DNA of 64,000 nt from Ruditapes philippinarum (GCF_026571515.1 NW_026862146.1:124001-188000), one strand, 5' to 3'. Counted from the stretch's first letter, positions 1 through 14,820 are shown. Numbers and translations are program-made. The notes: generated from the letters alone by a model not told the origin.

Positions 1-1199
1 ATGCGTCATAGTATAAAATATTAGCAATAAATAATATATTATATCATGTTCACTTTTCACGAACGATAAATAATTGAACAGATGTTATCAATGATTTGCC
101 CTTTACACATTTTATGCAATAGATACAATATTTACATTTTTTACATTGTATATAATGAGACAAATAAGATATCATCGATGTACTTATATAATTGTTAACA
201 AAATACTGGTAATGCAGTCTAGTAATTTCTATTTTGTAACATTTGCTCACTCTTGAGTATTTCGGTAATCAGCATTTATTGCGCGAAGAACAAATGCGAG
301 CCCCACCTACGTTACTAGTCGTTATTGCACGGTATGATTGCATTGAGCGTTTCAGTCATTTATAGACAGTTACAGTTTATTTATATACCAATCCTTCATT
401 TGTTTACTTACATATCATGATACATTAATTAGTAGTATTGGCATTTTTATTATTTTTATTACATGTAATTACTACCATAGTGGGTTAAATATTAGGGGTG
501 TGTATATTCTCTAGTACATTGTTATGTTTTATGTATGTGTTTGTTGGTGTGCAAGCAGTGCAGCGTTCATGATAACACGAAAAAACCTCCTACGTTTAGC
601 GGCCACTGAATGTACCCATGTGACCAATGCTGACCAAGATAAGCCGACACATTCATGCTGTCTGATCGTGGTCTGCAATGTCCGTTCACCAGTCATTACT
701 CGTTAACCAGTCATTACTTATTTTTAAATTTTTCCATAAATTGATGAATGATTTTGTTTCAGGTATAAGCGGTGGATACATTCTGAATAACAAATGTACT
801 TTGATGATGTAAATGAGGACACAGACAAAGCAAAGTAGCATGTATCATCAGATACAAGCATTAATACACAGATATATATATATCTATATAGATATTTATG
901 ACAGTTCTATAGACACACAGATAAGCCAGACAGGCGTTACATGTTTGTGATTTTAATAAATGATAAAGTATTAATAAAAGTTTCTATAAATTCACGTGAG
1001 TATATATGAAAGAGGCATTAAAAATGTTCCTCATGATATGTAAAAACGTAAGATTGTACCGTTAGATTGACATTTAAAAGAACTCCACTGAGGTAAAAAA
1101 GCCTAAAATATAAACAGAGTTACATAGATCAAGTGAAGCACTAATATGCAATGGATAATAAAGAAGTATACTAGTTAATTGCAAAGCTTTTCATTGTCA

Positions 1200-1960
1200 T
1201 GTCCTTTTGCACCAATATTCTGGGGGAAAACTACTTGATGAGTGAACGAAAATTTGTACAACAGGTTTTGGTTCTGACTTACATTATGGGAATATAATTT
1301 CAAGTCCAATCATATCAAAACCCCTTAGTGGAGACCCTTTAACAAATATTTAAATGGAAAAGAAACATGTGTTCTTATATTAACGAGCGCCATTCACCAC
1401 ATTAGGGTATGTGTTGTACCGTTCCCATTTACTGTTAATTATTCAAACATCAATTTAAGTGTTTTGGCATAAAAAATAAATCATTATTTTAATGATGGAC
1501 ACAAAGCGTCATCATTTCTAGTCAATGACAGTAGATCATATATAATATTCAGATTCTTCATCATATCAATCCTGACTATTATAATATGTCATTACCTACA
1601 ATGTATATTAAAAGTGCTCTTGTAAATTAAAGAAATCTTACCGACGTTTTAGCATAACTTGATAAATTATCCAAACTAACACCTATCCAAACAGGCCACA
1701 ATAAGCCTCCTTTAAAAGAATCCGAGTCCATTTTTAATATAAACTATATTTTCATATTTATGTAGCGAAATACAGTGTACAAAATGAGATAAACTCACAC
1801 GGAAGATAAATAGAGCGGGGTCCATGTCACTATCGATATCATGATAAATAGAACACATATATATTGGTATCTCCTCTAACAGTAATATATCCGCCGCGTA
1901 TCCATTACCATCATTTTTATCACAAATCAACCATTTATGGGATAATATTATTAATATCAC
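1200..1960 (-). pseudogene. Possible heavily disrupted SLC6 (Na+/Cl- neurotransmitter transporter)-like sequence
   Basis: Across shifting frames, in family order: KW.IC...G.GYAA, CSIYH, IVTWT, GGLLWP, KTS(G)K. Many indels; by-eye match only. Confidence 0.25.
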
Positions 1961-3619
1961 TATTTGGATGATTAGAAGTATATGTACATCATTATAATAT
2001 CATATCTAGAGCTATAAAATATATAAATACATTATATACCAACAGGTGTAATGTTTATACTCTGCACACGTGGTCATTATGTATTATTATCAAATTGTAC
2101 GGAGGTGTTTAATATGAGTAAAATAAATCTACTACTTCAAAGTGTATTAGAATAAACTATATTTGTACTATTTTTATATTCTTTGTATTATAGCGCGATC
2201 AGCAACGTTACGATAACAACTGAAATACGAACTTGATACGGTTGAACTAGAAGGTACAAAAAGATCACAAAAATACAGATTTCTCATCTCAATAATTATG
2301 TAAATAAACAAATAATTTTAAAGATAGCATCTATAAAGTGGAAATAAGAGCATCTTACATCTGAAATGAAATGATCTATAACATTCTGGCCTAGCCCATA
2401 ACCTGCAACCATACGGGATTATTCTTGCCACCAGTATAGAGCCAGGTCAGCCAGCACACCCGAGCAACCTGACAAGATCAGCTAATTTTTTGTATTTTCC
2501 ATATTGAAATTCCTTACAATATGAATGTTCTGTTGGAAATTCAGAGAAAATCAAATTTAACATACATTCAGTACGTTAAGGCATGTATGAGTTGAACTTT
2601 TATACTTAACTTTTGCTCACGACTCACTCGTGATGTTTTGAATGTAATAATCTGCTTCATCTAATGTTAAACAAAAATTGTACACTTAAGATCTTTTTTC
2701 TCTTTTTTTCCTCATTTTACTTAAAATTACAGGTTTATAGTTCTTCATACGAAAAATTGAGACAACATGAATAAACGATGCTCAAATATTTTTTAAAGGT
2801 ATTAATAACCTAATTCACGATGCACTTTTCTTTCACGAAAGTGCAGATGACTTTTAGTTCATGTCATATTTATGGCGAACAAATTCACTTAAATGCAGGC
2901 CAAAAGTACAAAATTAATTATAGTTGATCAAATCAAATTTATGAGATATTTTAATGTATTTTCTATAACATTTGTTTTACTTTGAATTTAAGGTACGGCA
3001 CGAAAATGTAAACATTAGATACCTAGTAATTTTAACCTTATATTTTTTTCATTTATTATCAAAATTGCATCGGTCCTACTTGATCTGTAAAAATATGACC
3101 TTGTGAAAATAGAAAATACAACATCGCGACTTGAAACAAGTATGGGCTTTGCGGAAGGCTATCTGTAAACAATTTGACTTCCTGTAAAATTTACAGAAAG
3201 AACTGATTATAAATAGAATTTTAATTAGTCATGTTACTCATTTTACTCAGAAACGCCCACCGTTGTCGGCGACATATACATAAAACAAGATTCCGTAAAC
3301 CGTTAATCAAAATGGTAAATTTAATACCACAATGTAACAAAATTGACGACAAAAGATCACAATAGACGTCATCCGTCATGTTTTTGTCGAGTCACTTTTA
3401 TATATAGAATTGTAATACTAGATTTAAATATACTTCAACTTACTAACCAATTTACAGAATAAAAATCATATAAATGAGAAATAAATATCAGCATTAATAG
3501 TTTATTTGTGTCTCATTATTAAGTATTCGCATAGTAAGCTGAATGTTCAACCATATGAAATAACAAAAAAAATACTTAGAAATAGTGGGAAAATATTAAA
3601 GGAAACACTGGTGTTTTGA

Positions 3620-3770
3620 CATATATGGTGTCAAGCACATTATCACGTGACCTCGTTATTTAAAGTCTCATTCGGAAGACTTGGTGCAGCTGCAGGGCAA
3701 TCGAACTCGTGACCCTTGGCTTTGAAATCAGAAATAACTACCACTAGAACATATTATGACTGCGCCCACT
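3620..3770 (-). mobile_element. Degenerate tRNA-derived SINE
   Basis: atcgaac (reverse complement of the B box GTTCGAT) preceded by tttaaagtctcattcggaagac, a body motif typical of mollusc SINEs. Confidence 0.45.
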
Positions 3771-5090
3771 CTGATATCTCTACTTTAAACAAATTAGTCC
3801 TTTGACTATAAACAAATAAACATTTAAACAACTTATTAGGGGTTAATTTCCTGTCTAACTCTGCTGGCATATGTTCAAGGTTTTGTTGACCCAACAACAT
3901 ACTATCGTTATAATACATGTAGGAGATAATATCTCATATTTCATTAGAAGCTATTTAATGAGTGTGTGATCATGTAGGAGGTTACAATCATTTACCATAC
4001 GAGCTGATCATACATAAGTGAGGAGTATTGAGGCCAATCATAATGCTGATAAAACCGCCAACTAAATTCACCTTTGCAATGATAACTGTGAATATTCAGC
4101 TATCTATGAGATAAAAAAAAACAGCAAAATGTTTTAATATTTCAAGTTAAGACATTTATCCTCATTAAATGTAACACAAAATGAAACAAATCTCAAGTGG
4201 GAATTCAATTCCAATATCAAGCAAAAATAAATTTTCATTAAAAAGTAATCCCATTAAGATAAAAAGTGTGATTTCTACATATTAAGACAGCGCCGCCGTT
4301 CTATTATAGATAGCCTATAGACAATAAATCAATATAGTTAAAAGTAGGGAAAGTGACTGCTATAACAAGCATGGTAAGCGGTGAAGATCTATCTATCTAC
4401 TAGACTGTAGAATAAAGAGCAGATAAGGACTTCTGTTCTAAAACTGATATTAGCAATAAATCAAAATCGTTCCGAAAATTTGTGAATTATCGCATTTATG
4501 AATGAAATCACATAGCTTTAATAAAACGAGAACATTTCTCGGATGAGCTATAAATATTTCAGAATTTCGATAAGCCAGCATATTTCATGGAAAAGAAATC
4601 TGCCAAAAAACATTTTATAATACATGCAATTACTTTTAAGTTCGTATTTAAGACCAAATCGCCCATGGCCTCAATACATTACATGTAGTGGCATTCCTCA
4701 TGTAAAGTACAAAACAATGAATGCCAACTGTTGCAAAATGACAGCAAAAATTAAGTTGCACAGATCTGTGTATTTGTAACAGACTTAAGACATAAAACTG
4801 TAAACGCAGAAAAGTTTTAACGTAAAATCTCGCAGGAGGATCGTCATTTTAAATTGCTGAGATCAATGAATGCGACGGAAAAGAAATTTCCCTTGAGAGC
4901 ATTGGTACAAATTGACCAACATCTCGTAAAATTATCACTTCTGACATAAACCAAGAGAACTCGTTTTTACGATATAGAGCAAATATCTTGTCAAATCAAT
5001 TATACAATGTATTCTTGTGCCCAGGGCTCTCTACACTATATCGTCCAAGATTTATTTTTCTGACAAAAAATCTACACGTTTGCACAATAG

Positions 5091-5920
5091 TTGTCATTCA
5101 AATTAGCAATCAAAGACTTTTTGAGTTATTGTTGTATTAAAAATATTAAAGATTCGTTTGCTTTTGAACCATATTTAGATAATATTACTTCAAGAAACCT
5201 TAGGACAGCTTTTACAAAACTACGTATTTCAGCCCATAGTCTCCGTATCCAAACTGGAAGGTTCGCAAATAATCAAATAGGTAGAGATCAACGTTACTGT
5301 CAAATATGTAACTTAAACGTAATCGAAGATGAATACCATTTTGTTTTTGTTTGTCCACAATACAATATAATTCGTCAAAAATATATAAAGAAATTTTACA
5401 GACAAAAACCAAGTGTGTTTAAATTTGTTAACCTTTTGAATAGTCAAAAATTTTCAGAATTACTTACGTTTAGCAAATATATTTTCGAGGCTTTTAAAAT
5501 TAGAAATAAAATTCTTTCAAATGTGTCAATGTAACTTCTTGAAGTATGGTTATTCATTTACAATAATATTATATTCACCTTTTAATGACTCCCTTTTTAG
5601 GTATTATATTATAGTTCCTACTTTCCATTTTAAGTATCTGTTGAATTCAAACATTATTATATAATGCAAGTACATGTATGTTTTCTTTGTTCTTTAACAT
5701 GCAATTACATGTTGTTTTGTTTTTCATTCTATAACGTATGCATGTTTTTTTAAAGAAAATATTAGTTCATCCATTGTTGTGTTATACATACATAATTTCA
5801 TTCATTTTTCATCCTTTATGTATCGCTCAATATTATATTATATCTATGTATTATTTCTTTGTTAAACACTATAGAAACCGTACAGTTTACGTGTAATAAA
5901 ATCTGTTCTCTGTTCTGTAT
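5091..5920 (+). mobile_element. 5'-truncated non-LTR retrotransposon 3' end (RTE-X/CR1-type)
   Basis: ORF with KLRISAHSLRIQTGRF...CQIC...IEDEYHFVFVCPQY, the C-terminal CCHC region of LINE ORF2. It is followed by an AT-rich UTR, AATAAA and a (TCTGT)-type tail near 5895-5920. Confidence 0.85.
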
Positions 5921-8900
5921 TCGATCACCTTAATTAGCAAAAAAGTTGCATCAAGCTCAACAATATTATTCAATATTTTACAATTAGCTATTAGATAGAA
6001 AAGAGGGGGGGGGGGAACTTTATTTATTAGATCTTTATTTGCATTATATTTTCATTTTACAGTAACAAAATTCTGCTCCTTATTTGTGTTGATATAACGC
6101 TCCTACAAAACACCTACTTACACCAAACTACAACTGACATAACATTTTAAACAAAACAACATGAAAAATATTGAAATATTAAACTTAGTATGAATATGTA
6201 ATGTCACTTTATGCACATGTGAAAAAAATATTGAAGCTTCATTACAAACATTTAAGTCAGTTAACAGCTTTTTACATTACATTTACATAAACGTAGGTCA
6301 TTCAGTTTTATGAAATATACTGATGAACAATTTTATTCCTAAGTCTGTATCACAGAAATTGGTTATCATTCTTAATAATTATCATTATCACTAGTAATGG
6401 TAGTAGTGGTAGTAGTTATACAGTGTAAGAACATGAGGAATGGCATTTTACAAAATTGTTATATTGCAAGAGAACATTATGGATCTTCATCTACCTGCTG
6501 CTGCTGATTTAACAATTACTCGTTCCGCCTTTATTAAAATTTTACTTTGTACATGGTAAAGTTTAGTGCGCATCAAATCAAATTGCTAAACTTTTGATAA
6601 TCACACACTATAGAGTATTATCTAAGCATGTGGTAAAGATCCGTCAGTATTTCTCCTAGCATTCAAAAAGTTAAAAGACTTAACATGTGTTGATTAAAAC
6701 ATTTCTTAGAATAATTTGTACATTGAATTAGTTTATTCAGTTCAACGGTAACAGGTGTTATGTATTTCATGTAATGATTAATTGACACCTAACACACATA
6801 TGATATTACCTATACTGTATTTTTTTAAGTTTTGCTAATAAATGAACACATGAAAAAATAAGATGCTAAAAACAAGATACTTGGTGTGAAAAAAAAGATT
6901 CCTGTCGGTAATAAAAATGATGAAAACAACATTGAATATATGCTTTAGTTATTAATTTGATTAATTTGAAATTGTGAAATAAAAATGAATATACAAGAAT
7001 GTATCATTATGAATATATAGTTACCGTAATAACCCTATAATATCCTACACAATATTACCAATATCCCCTTTATATTTGTGATTGATTATATACATGTATA
7101 ATAGTGTGGTAGGTACAAGCGTTATAAAAAATCTGATTTTGAAAAACATAAATAAAATATGTGCAAATGGGAGCCTCGGTGTGATACATGTGAATTCAAT
7201 GACACGTTGATCTGAAGGAGACAAATTAAAATCACACTAACAGAGAGCATGTTGATTTATAGAATATATCAACGTACATATGGGAAGGCGTAACTGCGCC
7301 TTCTTGTACGTGAATACCACGAGGATGTCCACTACATATAACTAAGTATTTTATTTACGCATCTACATGTTTATATCAACCTGTTTTTGTCAAGCCATTT
7401 ATACAAAATCCTTTATAGAATTGATAATTTGTTCTGTTGATAATAACAGGAAAACTATACTTGTCAAGAATTGTTCAGAATTAAACCAAACAAAAATTAT
7501 AACACATATTTATTAAGAATCAAATAATGCACTGATTTTGAATTTTCCTTAGTTTTATACTTTTCGGTACACCTAGATTTATTCAGTGTATATATATTTA
7601 GCAGAGCGTTGTTCCTTTCATTGTCTTTCTTGGACATATTTATTCAAATCTAGCCACAGATTCTTGTAGTAATTGACGTATTGATGTACTTTCAATACCC
7701 ACACCCTTTTCAGAACTCAAGACATGCTCTTATTATAAAATGCCCATGATGGATTTTATACCTTCTACCTTTACTGGAATCTAGACTCAGGGTTAATGGT
7801 TTGTTGCTACTTATACCTTTAGTTTATTCAATAGGTCAACAATGTTTGTTTTGGCCCATTTTGTGGTATCGATATGTTTAATATCATTGCTTAATTAAAA
7901 CTTTCTCCTCGTTAACCTCGCCGGTTGGTAGTTTCTAGACTGAATTAGATCCTAACAGGCTCTAAACAAATAATCAAATTTTTGAAGAAACATACATTAG
8001 TTCTCAAACTGATGTAGTAATTTTCAGAACGTTGAATGATTGGCTTGGACTCAATACAAAGCAAGTCGTACATATACGAACATAATACGTTCTAAACCGG
8101 ATACGGAAAACAGTTGGGAGGTTGCCTTTAACACCTATGTATCAAGTCTACCTATTTTATTGCCTTATGCAAAAGAGTTAGAATAGTATTTATCAATACC
8201 TGGTAGATCCAACAGGTCGCAATCAGCTGCCGAAGAGTCACCGTAGGAGTCACCATTTATCCATTGGTATGCGAAGCCCAAGACAGAATGCTTGTTGTTA
8301 CATTTGAAAGAACTGGTTGAGATGATTGGTTGAAATGTTAATAATTACATTAAGATAATTTGGTATTCCGCATCTGACTACTGTGTATTGCGGAGTTGAA
8401 GACTTGTATGTCACATGATATTTTGGAATGATATAAAAGTCGCTGTAGGTCTGTGTGAGATGTTTATAATGGGCCCGTGTCTTGGTTTCGTTGTATATCT
8501 GAAAACACAAGGAATAATAAAATAGAATACATATAATCAACACAGTGTTTATTTGATTTATTGATTTCTAAAATAGTGCACGTTTGTAACGTCGCTTTTC
8601 GTTGGATAATCGTGACGTTTATATAATGTATAAACCCGCCTGCTGTCAATTTATGTCATAAATGCGTTTCAAATATTCTTGACGGCCGGTTTTTGCAATA
8701 TTGTCATCGTCTACCGACTCGGTTTATATATATGCAAACAACCGTTTAAAAAGTGTCATATAACTTATCAAAAATCGTTATAAATCTGCAGTCTTAGATT
8801 GTTATGTTCTATTAGCCAAGAAAAATAGCTCCAGTATACAAGCAGTCGGTTCTCATTGTGGACTATCTCACGACGACTGGACGCGCATGCTCCTAGAAAC

Positions 8901-10357
8901 TAGTAAAGATCATGATGGCAAAATAATGTATACCAAAATATATAGAAAAATAAGTTCCCCTGCCAAACAGATCCTTTTTTGAAAAAGTTCAAAGTTAAAA
9001 TGTTATCGAAGCCTAATTCCACTAATCGTTTTAAGTTATGCGTGAAATTTCTCAAAGAAACAATTTCATTTATATTTATTTACGCCTGCGATAACACTCA
9101 GCATTTTGTGAAAGGTGGCCTGGTTTTATGTAAGATTCAAGATTTCAAGATTTTATTATTCACTCAATACACAATACATGTAAATCTGATGTCTAAAGCC
9201 AACTCTGTACAATTCTGTACAATTCTATACAACTATGTACAATTCTTTCAAAACTTAATCCTCGTTTGTTTTTAAGTAAACGTTAATATTATTATTACAT
9301 ATTTTGAGTGCTTAAAATCAACTTTCTTAGTACCTGATACGTTTCTCCCCAAACCAACTAAAGTTAAAACTAATGTAATGTACTTGTTAAATGGTATATC
9401 ATAGTCTATCGGTTTTCAATTCTCGTCAAATTTTAACTGTGTAATTACTCATGTGATACAATCTAAAGCAACATTTAATTACAGAAAAAAACGTTAGCAT
9501 TAACTACTTTATTTACGATAAGCTCAATCTAAGTTCAATTAAACGTACAAAAAGGCTGTAATTTATGTATCACGAAGAGTAGCTGTGCAAACGAAAAGTT
9601 CATTTAGTTCTCGCATCCAGTCAACGTTAGCATATCAAAACCTTATAACTGTTCGGAATAGTCTGTATTGCAAAAACAGTAATTGTATTTTTATTGCTTG
9701 CTGTAAGATATTTTCCACTCCTCCGCTATCAGTGAAATACTGGAACATCTCTCTATCGATTACACTACAGGGACGATTTTCTATGTCAAGTGATTTCAAT
9801 GTGGCCGACAGACACACAAGTATCGACGCGGAAAACATTGACACGAATCCTGGACGGTGCTGAGTAATACATATCGTAGAATTATTTTTAAATTTGATTT
9901 TTCTTCTCTTTTCTTTTAATTTCTCAATATGGGTTTAAGTTAAAGTTATACTCGTGTCGGCAAACAATGAAATATTCTTAACGATGATTAATAACAAACA
10001 TATTAATACATTATTATAACTATTTAAAAGTGTTAGGTTATTTATAATGCATGAGTTATATGTGACCCTAATATTAATAAAATATTCAAAGAATATACAC
10101 AGAAGGGGATAAGTAATGGTAGAAAATGACATTTGCTGGTCAGACATTAAAATACTATAATTTATAAAAGTAAGTACTGTTACTCGCCACGTTTTAAAGA
10201 GTTTCATTTTCGTTGTTTTTTTTATAAGTTAATGCTTTAGAGCTATCTTTTTTCTTATATTTGTTTCTTTGAATAAATCTGTAATGCTACATTTAAAACT
10301 GTTCAATGATGCTATGATCTTCTGAATAAATGTGGCAACAACAACATGCTTACATAA

Positions 10358-10575
10358 GGGGGGGGGCGGTAGCCTAGTGATTCAGGTGTCTGGCTTTTAC
10401 CGCAGATATCGTTGGTTCGAGCTCTACTGGGGTAATGACCATGTTTCCACATAGGATAACACTATTACTTTATTTCTAGAACCGGACTCTAGAGTTCAAA
10501 CCAGCAAGCAGGCTTGAGAGCACCTTGCGGATTTTCAAATATACATAATTGTTTTTTTTACTGAACGAACCTAAA
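10358..10575 (+). mobile_element. tRNA-derived SINE
   Basis: GGGGCGGTAGCCTAGTG (A box) ... GGTTCGAGC (B box), followed by a non-tRNA body. Confidence 0.6.
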
Positions 10576-11215
10576 GTTATAAAATTTCCATTTTGTACAA
10601 TGGACTGGATTCAAGCCATGTTCGACTGATACATTGTCACGATCTGGTCAACAAATAGAGTACATTAGTAGCAATGCTGAAATATATATGTATATATAAC
10701 GTTGAAAAAATTCTTATCTCACCTCTCACAGAGCATTAGTGTCAACTTAAAAAGATAACGTAGTATTAGCGCAGAAACAAATGAGGAAAAAATCTTTAGC
10801 TAAGAAAAAAATCTTCCTTCAACCATACTTTATATGATGGAGATATAACCGGTTTTTTGTACATAACTGATGCGATTTTGATCTACTCCTGATAAATGGA
10901 AAATTACCATAGACTATTAAATTAATCATTTCATTACGAACAAAAACTCTTTTTTATCAATTTTTATCAAATATTACACAACCATTAAGATTTTAAAGGT
11001 AAACTTGAAGTGTTATACCACCGAACTGAATATTAAAGTTACGCCCTTCGCCATTCATTTACTTCCTGTTAACACAAATTGGACATTGAAGTTATTCTCT
11101 TCCTTTTAAATTTTCAGTCTCAAAAAATATTATTCAAAAAAATAATAATATCTTTATTTAAAGAAGGTAACACATTCAGATATAACATCGTAAAAAAACA
11201 ACAAATCAACTAACG

Positions 11216-11700
11216 TATCTATGGTACATAAACCCGCAAGAGTAAGGAAATGTCTAATATACATTTAAACTCGTGCTACATGTCACCCGCAAAAAGGGGC
11301 CACCTAGTAAAAACCTGCCATTCATTTTCAAAGATCCCGTAATTATTTGAAAATTGAATTTATGTTCTTTGTTTTTACTTCTCGGTATCAGGAATATATC
11401 TACGGTACGTAAACCAAGAGCAACAGCAATGTCTTGCTTACATTCCAACCCGTGCTACATGTCAACCGTGAAAAGAGACCACCCATGCAAATTTTGTCAT
11501 TTGATTAAGACAATTACTTTAATTTCTGATAATTTAGTGAAGATTGAATTAATGCGATAAGTTTTTAATTGTCGGCATCAGAAATATATCTACGGTACAT
11601 ATACCAAGAGGAAGGGCATGCATTTTATATATTCAAACGCGTGTTTCATCGTAGCATGTCAACCGCAAAATGAGACCACCTACGAAAAATTAAGCCAATT
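11216..11700. repeat. Three diverged ~185-bp tandem units
   Basis: tatctayggtac...caagag...catgtcamccg...ccacc recurs at ~11216, ~11397 and ~11587. Confidence 0.7.
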
Positions 11701-11980
11701 AATTTAATTTCCCGTAAAATATATGTAATGAAAGATATCTTGTATATAAGATATTAATGTTTATCTATAGCCGCAACCGGAAATCCCTACGGGTGGCTCC
11801 AGAAGTGTGTTGGTTATATCGTTTGTACAAATAGTGCGTTGATTCTCTCGTACTTAAATGTGTATACAATTATATAAAACATAAGGTAACTGTGATTTAA
11901 TGCATCATTAGGAATACAACCAGTAACTTTAGTTGAAGACCCTGTAGTCATAGTCAGTTACCACTGGTCATAAAATGTTA

Positions 11981-14438
11981 TAACAAGAAAAATATTACAT
12001 ACATTCGTATGTAATATAAGTACGATTGCATACTACTTTTTGTGAAGACTTTTTATGTTTGCTGCATTAAAGGTGTAATGTAAAATGAACAAACATGTCA
12101 TGAGATATTTTATATCTTTAAACATTTTCATGGAATGTAATTAATGTATTATCATATTAAAGTTGCATGCCTTCAGGTGAGAAAAATGATTTCAAGGAAA
12201 TCAAAATATGAAAAGAAAATTCACGGTCAATTGATTGCTTTGAAGCATAATCACAGAATAAAATTACAGGAAATTAAAAACCTTTTTAATACACTTAAGG
12301 TAGAATTTCATTGTAAGTCAAAGTCACAGATTTGAGATATGTTTTATTCATATTAACATCATTATTGGTTATATATTGATAAAAAAAACCCGAAAGAGAC
12401 AGTTTGTAAATATTTATTACAATAAAATATGAAAAAGGTATTGTCCATCCTATGCGACGCGCCGAGGTTAGCTATATTTATAATTCCCGCGCTAAGTCGC
12501 GGTGGTGCTTGGGATAATCACTTGATACTGTAAATGGCAGTCATTTTACGATACGAAAATGCCTGGCCCTCCTCGGACAGTTTATCCTGTCGAAAAGATA
12601 TGAAAAAATACTTGCAATTCAAAGTTTGTTTGCTACATAAAGATTATCGATTTACTCTTTGCAAACTTTTTCACTGCCTGATTGTAATAATATTGATGTG
12701 TTTTCATTGGCTTAAAACCATCACGTTATCAATACACATAAAGGTGGGAGGTGTGAACTAATTTCGTGTTCTTTAAAATTATTCCGTTAATAGACAAATA
12801 ACAATCTTATTTACAAATGAATTGATAAAACAACAATCCCAGAAGCATTTAAGATAATAACAATCATTGAAAAAAATATAAATGGATGTAAATTGTAAAT
12901 TTGTGTATGACAACTCACCCCTAAACAAAACATAATAGACTCAACCAAAACAAGCGTCTGCTTCTTTACCTAACTATGTAGTTGCATGACCATGATTAGC
13001 AATAGCAAACCAAATGTAAGAGCTAAAGCTATTGTAACAAGAAAAATATTACATACATTCGTATGTAATATAGGTACGATTGCATACTACTTTTTGTGAA
13101 GACTTTATGTTTGCTGCATTAAAGGTGTAATGTAAAATGAACAAACATGTCATGAGATATTTTATATCTTTAAACATTTTCATGGAATGTAATTAATGTA
13201 TTATCATATTAAAGTTGCATGCCTTCAGATTTCAAGGAAATCAAAATATGAAAAGAAAATTCACGGTCAATTGACTGCTTTGAAGCATAATCACAGAATA
13301 AAATTACAGGAAATTAAAAACCTTTTTAATACACTAAAGGTAGAATTTCATTGTAAGTCATAGTCACAGATTTGAGATATGATTATTTATTCATATTAAC
13401 ATCATTATTGGTTATATATTGATAAAAAAAAAACCGAAAGACACAGTTTGTAAATATTTATTACAATAAAATATGAAAAAGGTATTTTCCATCCTATGCG
13501 ACGCGCCGAGGTTAGCTATATTTATAATTCCCGCGCTAAGTCGCGGTGGTGCTTGGGATAATCACTTGATACTGTAAATGGCAGTCATTTTACGATACGA
13601 AAATGCCTGGCCCTCCTCGGACAGTTTATCCTGTCGAAAAGATATGAAAAAATACTTGCAAAGTTTGTTTGCTACATAAAGATTATCGATTTACTTTTTC
13701 ACTGCCTGATTGTAATAATATTGATGTGTTTTCATTGGCTTAAACCATCACGTTATCAATACATATAAAGGTGTGAACTAATTTCGTGTTCATTAAAATT
13801 ATTCCGTTAATAGACATATAACAATCTTATTTACAAATGAATTGATAAAACAACAATCCCAGAAGCATTTAAGATAATAACAATCATTGGAAAAAAAATA
13901 AATGGATGTAAATTGTAAATTTGTGTATGACAACTCACCCCCTAAACAAAACATAATAGACTCAACCAAAACAAGCGTACGTCTGCTTCTTTACCTAACT
14001 ATGTAGTTGCATGACCATGATTAAATAGCAAACCAAATGTAAGAGCTAAAGCTATTGTAACAAGAAAAATATTACATACATTCGTATGTAATATAGGTAC
14101 GATTGCATACTACTTTTTGTGAAGACTGTTTATGCTTGCTGCTTTATAGGTGTAATGTAAAATGAACAAACATGTCATGAGATATTTTATATCTTTAAAC
14201 ATTTTCATGGAATGTAAATAATGTATTATCATATTAAAGTTGCATGTCTTCAGATTTCAAGGAAATCAAAATATGAAAAGAAAATTCACGGTCAATTGAC
14301 TGCCTTGAAGCATAATCACAGAATAAAATTACAGGAAATTAAAAACCTTTTTAATACACTAAAGGTAGAATTTCATTGTAAGTCATAGTCGCAGATTTGA
14401 GATATGATTATTTATTCATATATAACCAATCATTATTG
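11981..14438. repeat. ~1.04-kb tandem repeat, about 2.4 copies
   Basis: Units start taacaagaaaaatattacatac at 11981, 13035 and 14058; near-identical apart from short indels. Confidence 0.95.
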
Positions 14439-14820
14439 TAAAAATAATACTATGACCACAGCAGATTTCGTACAGAAAATAATACTATGACCACAGCAGA
14501 TTTCGTACAGAAATATATATAAATATAAATATATTTCACCTTGAATATTGAAACAAGGTTACAATCATCTGGGGCAACAGTGGTATAGTTCTAAAAGTTG
14601 GCAAATGTTTCATCTATAATACATTTCAATGATAAATACACGATCATAATTGTTATTAAACGAGGTAGTTATTTTGTTCTAAATACGTCTTCTCATCGTT
14701 TAATATCCCCGTGATCGAAGATGAAATAAAGTTGTATTATGATTCAATTGTATGAAACGTATATTAAATGTTGAACAAAATAGTTAAAATATTTTAGTGG
14801 AATCTATTATCGCAAGAATT

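Noticed and set aside
10358-10435. tRNA gene
   Set aside because: A and B boxes are present but there is no cloverleaf acceptor stem, and it continues into a SINE body.
12500-12600. Twister- or HDV-like ribozyme (tcccaagc, ggaggg, cctcctcg motifs)
   Set aside because: I could not build the required P1-P4 or pseudoknot pairings by eye, and the twister UAA cleavage loop is missing.
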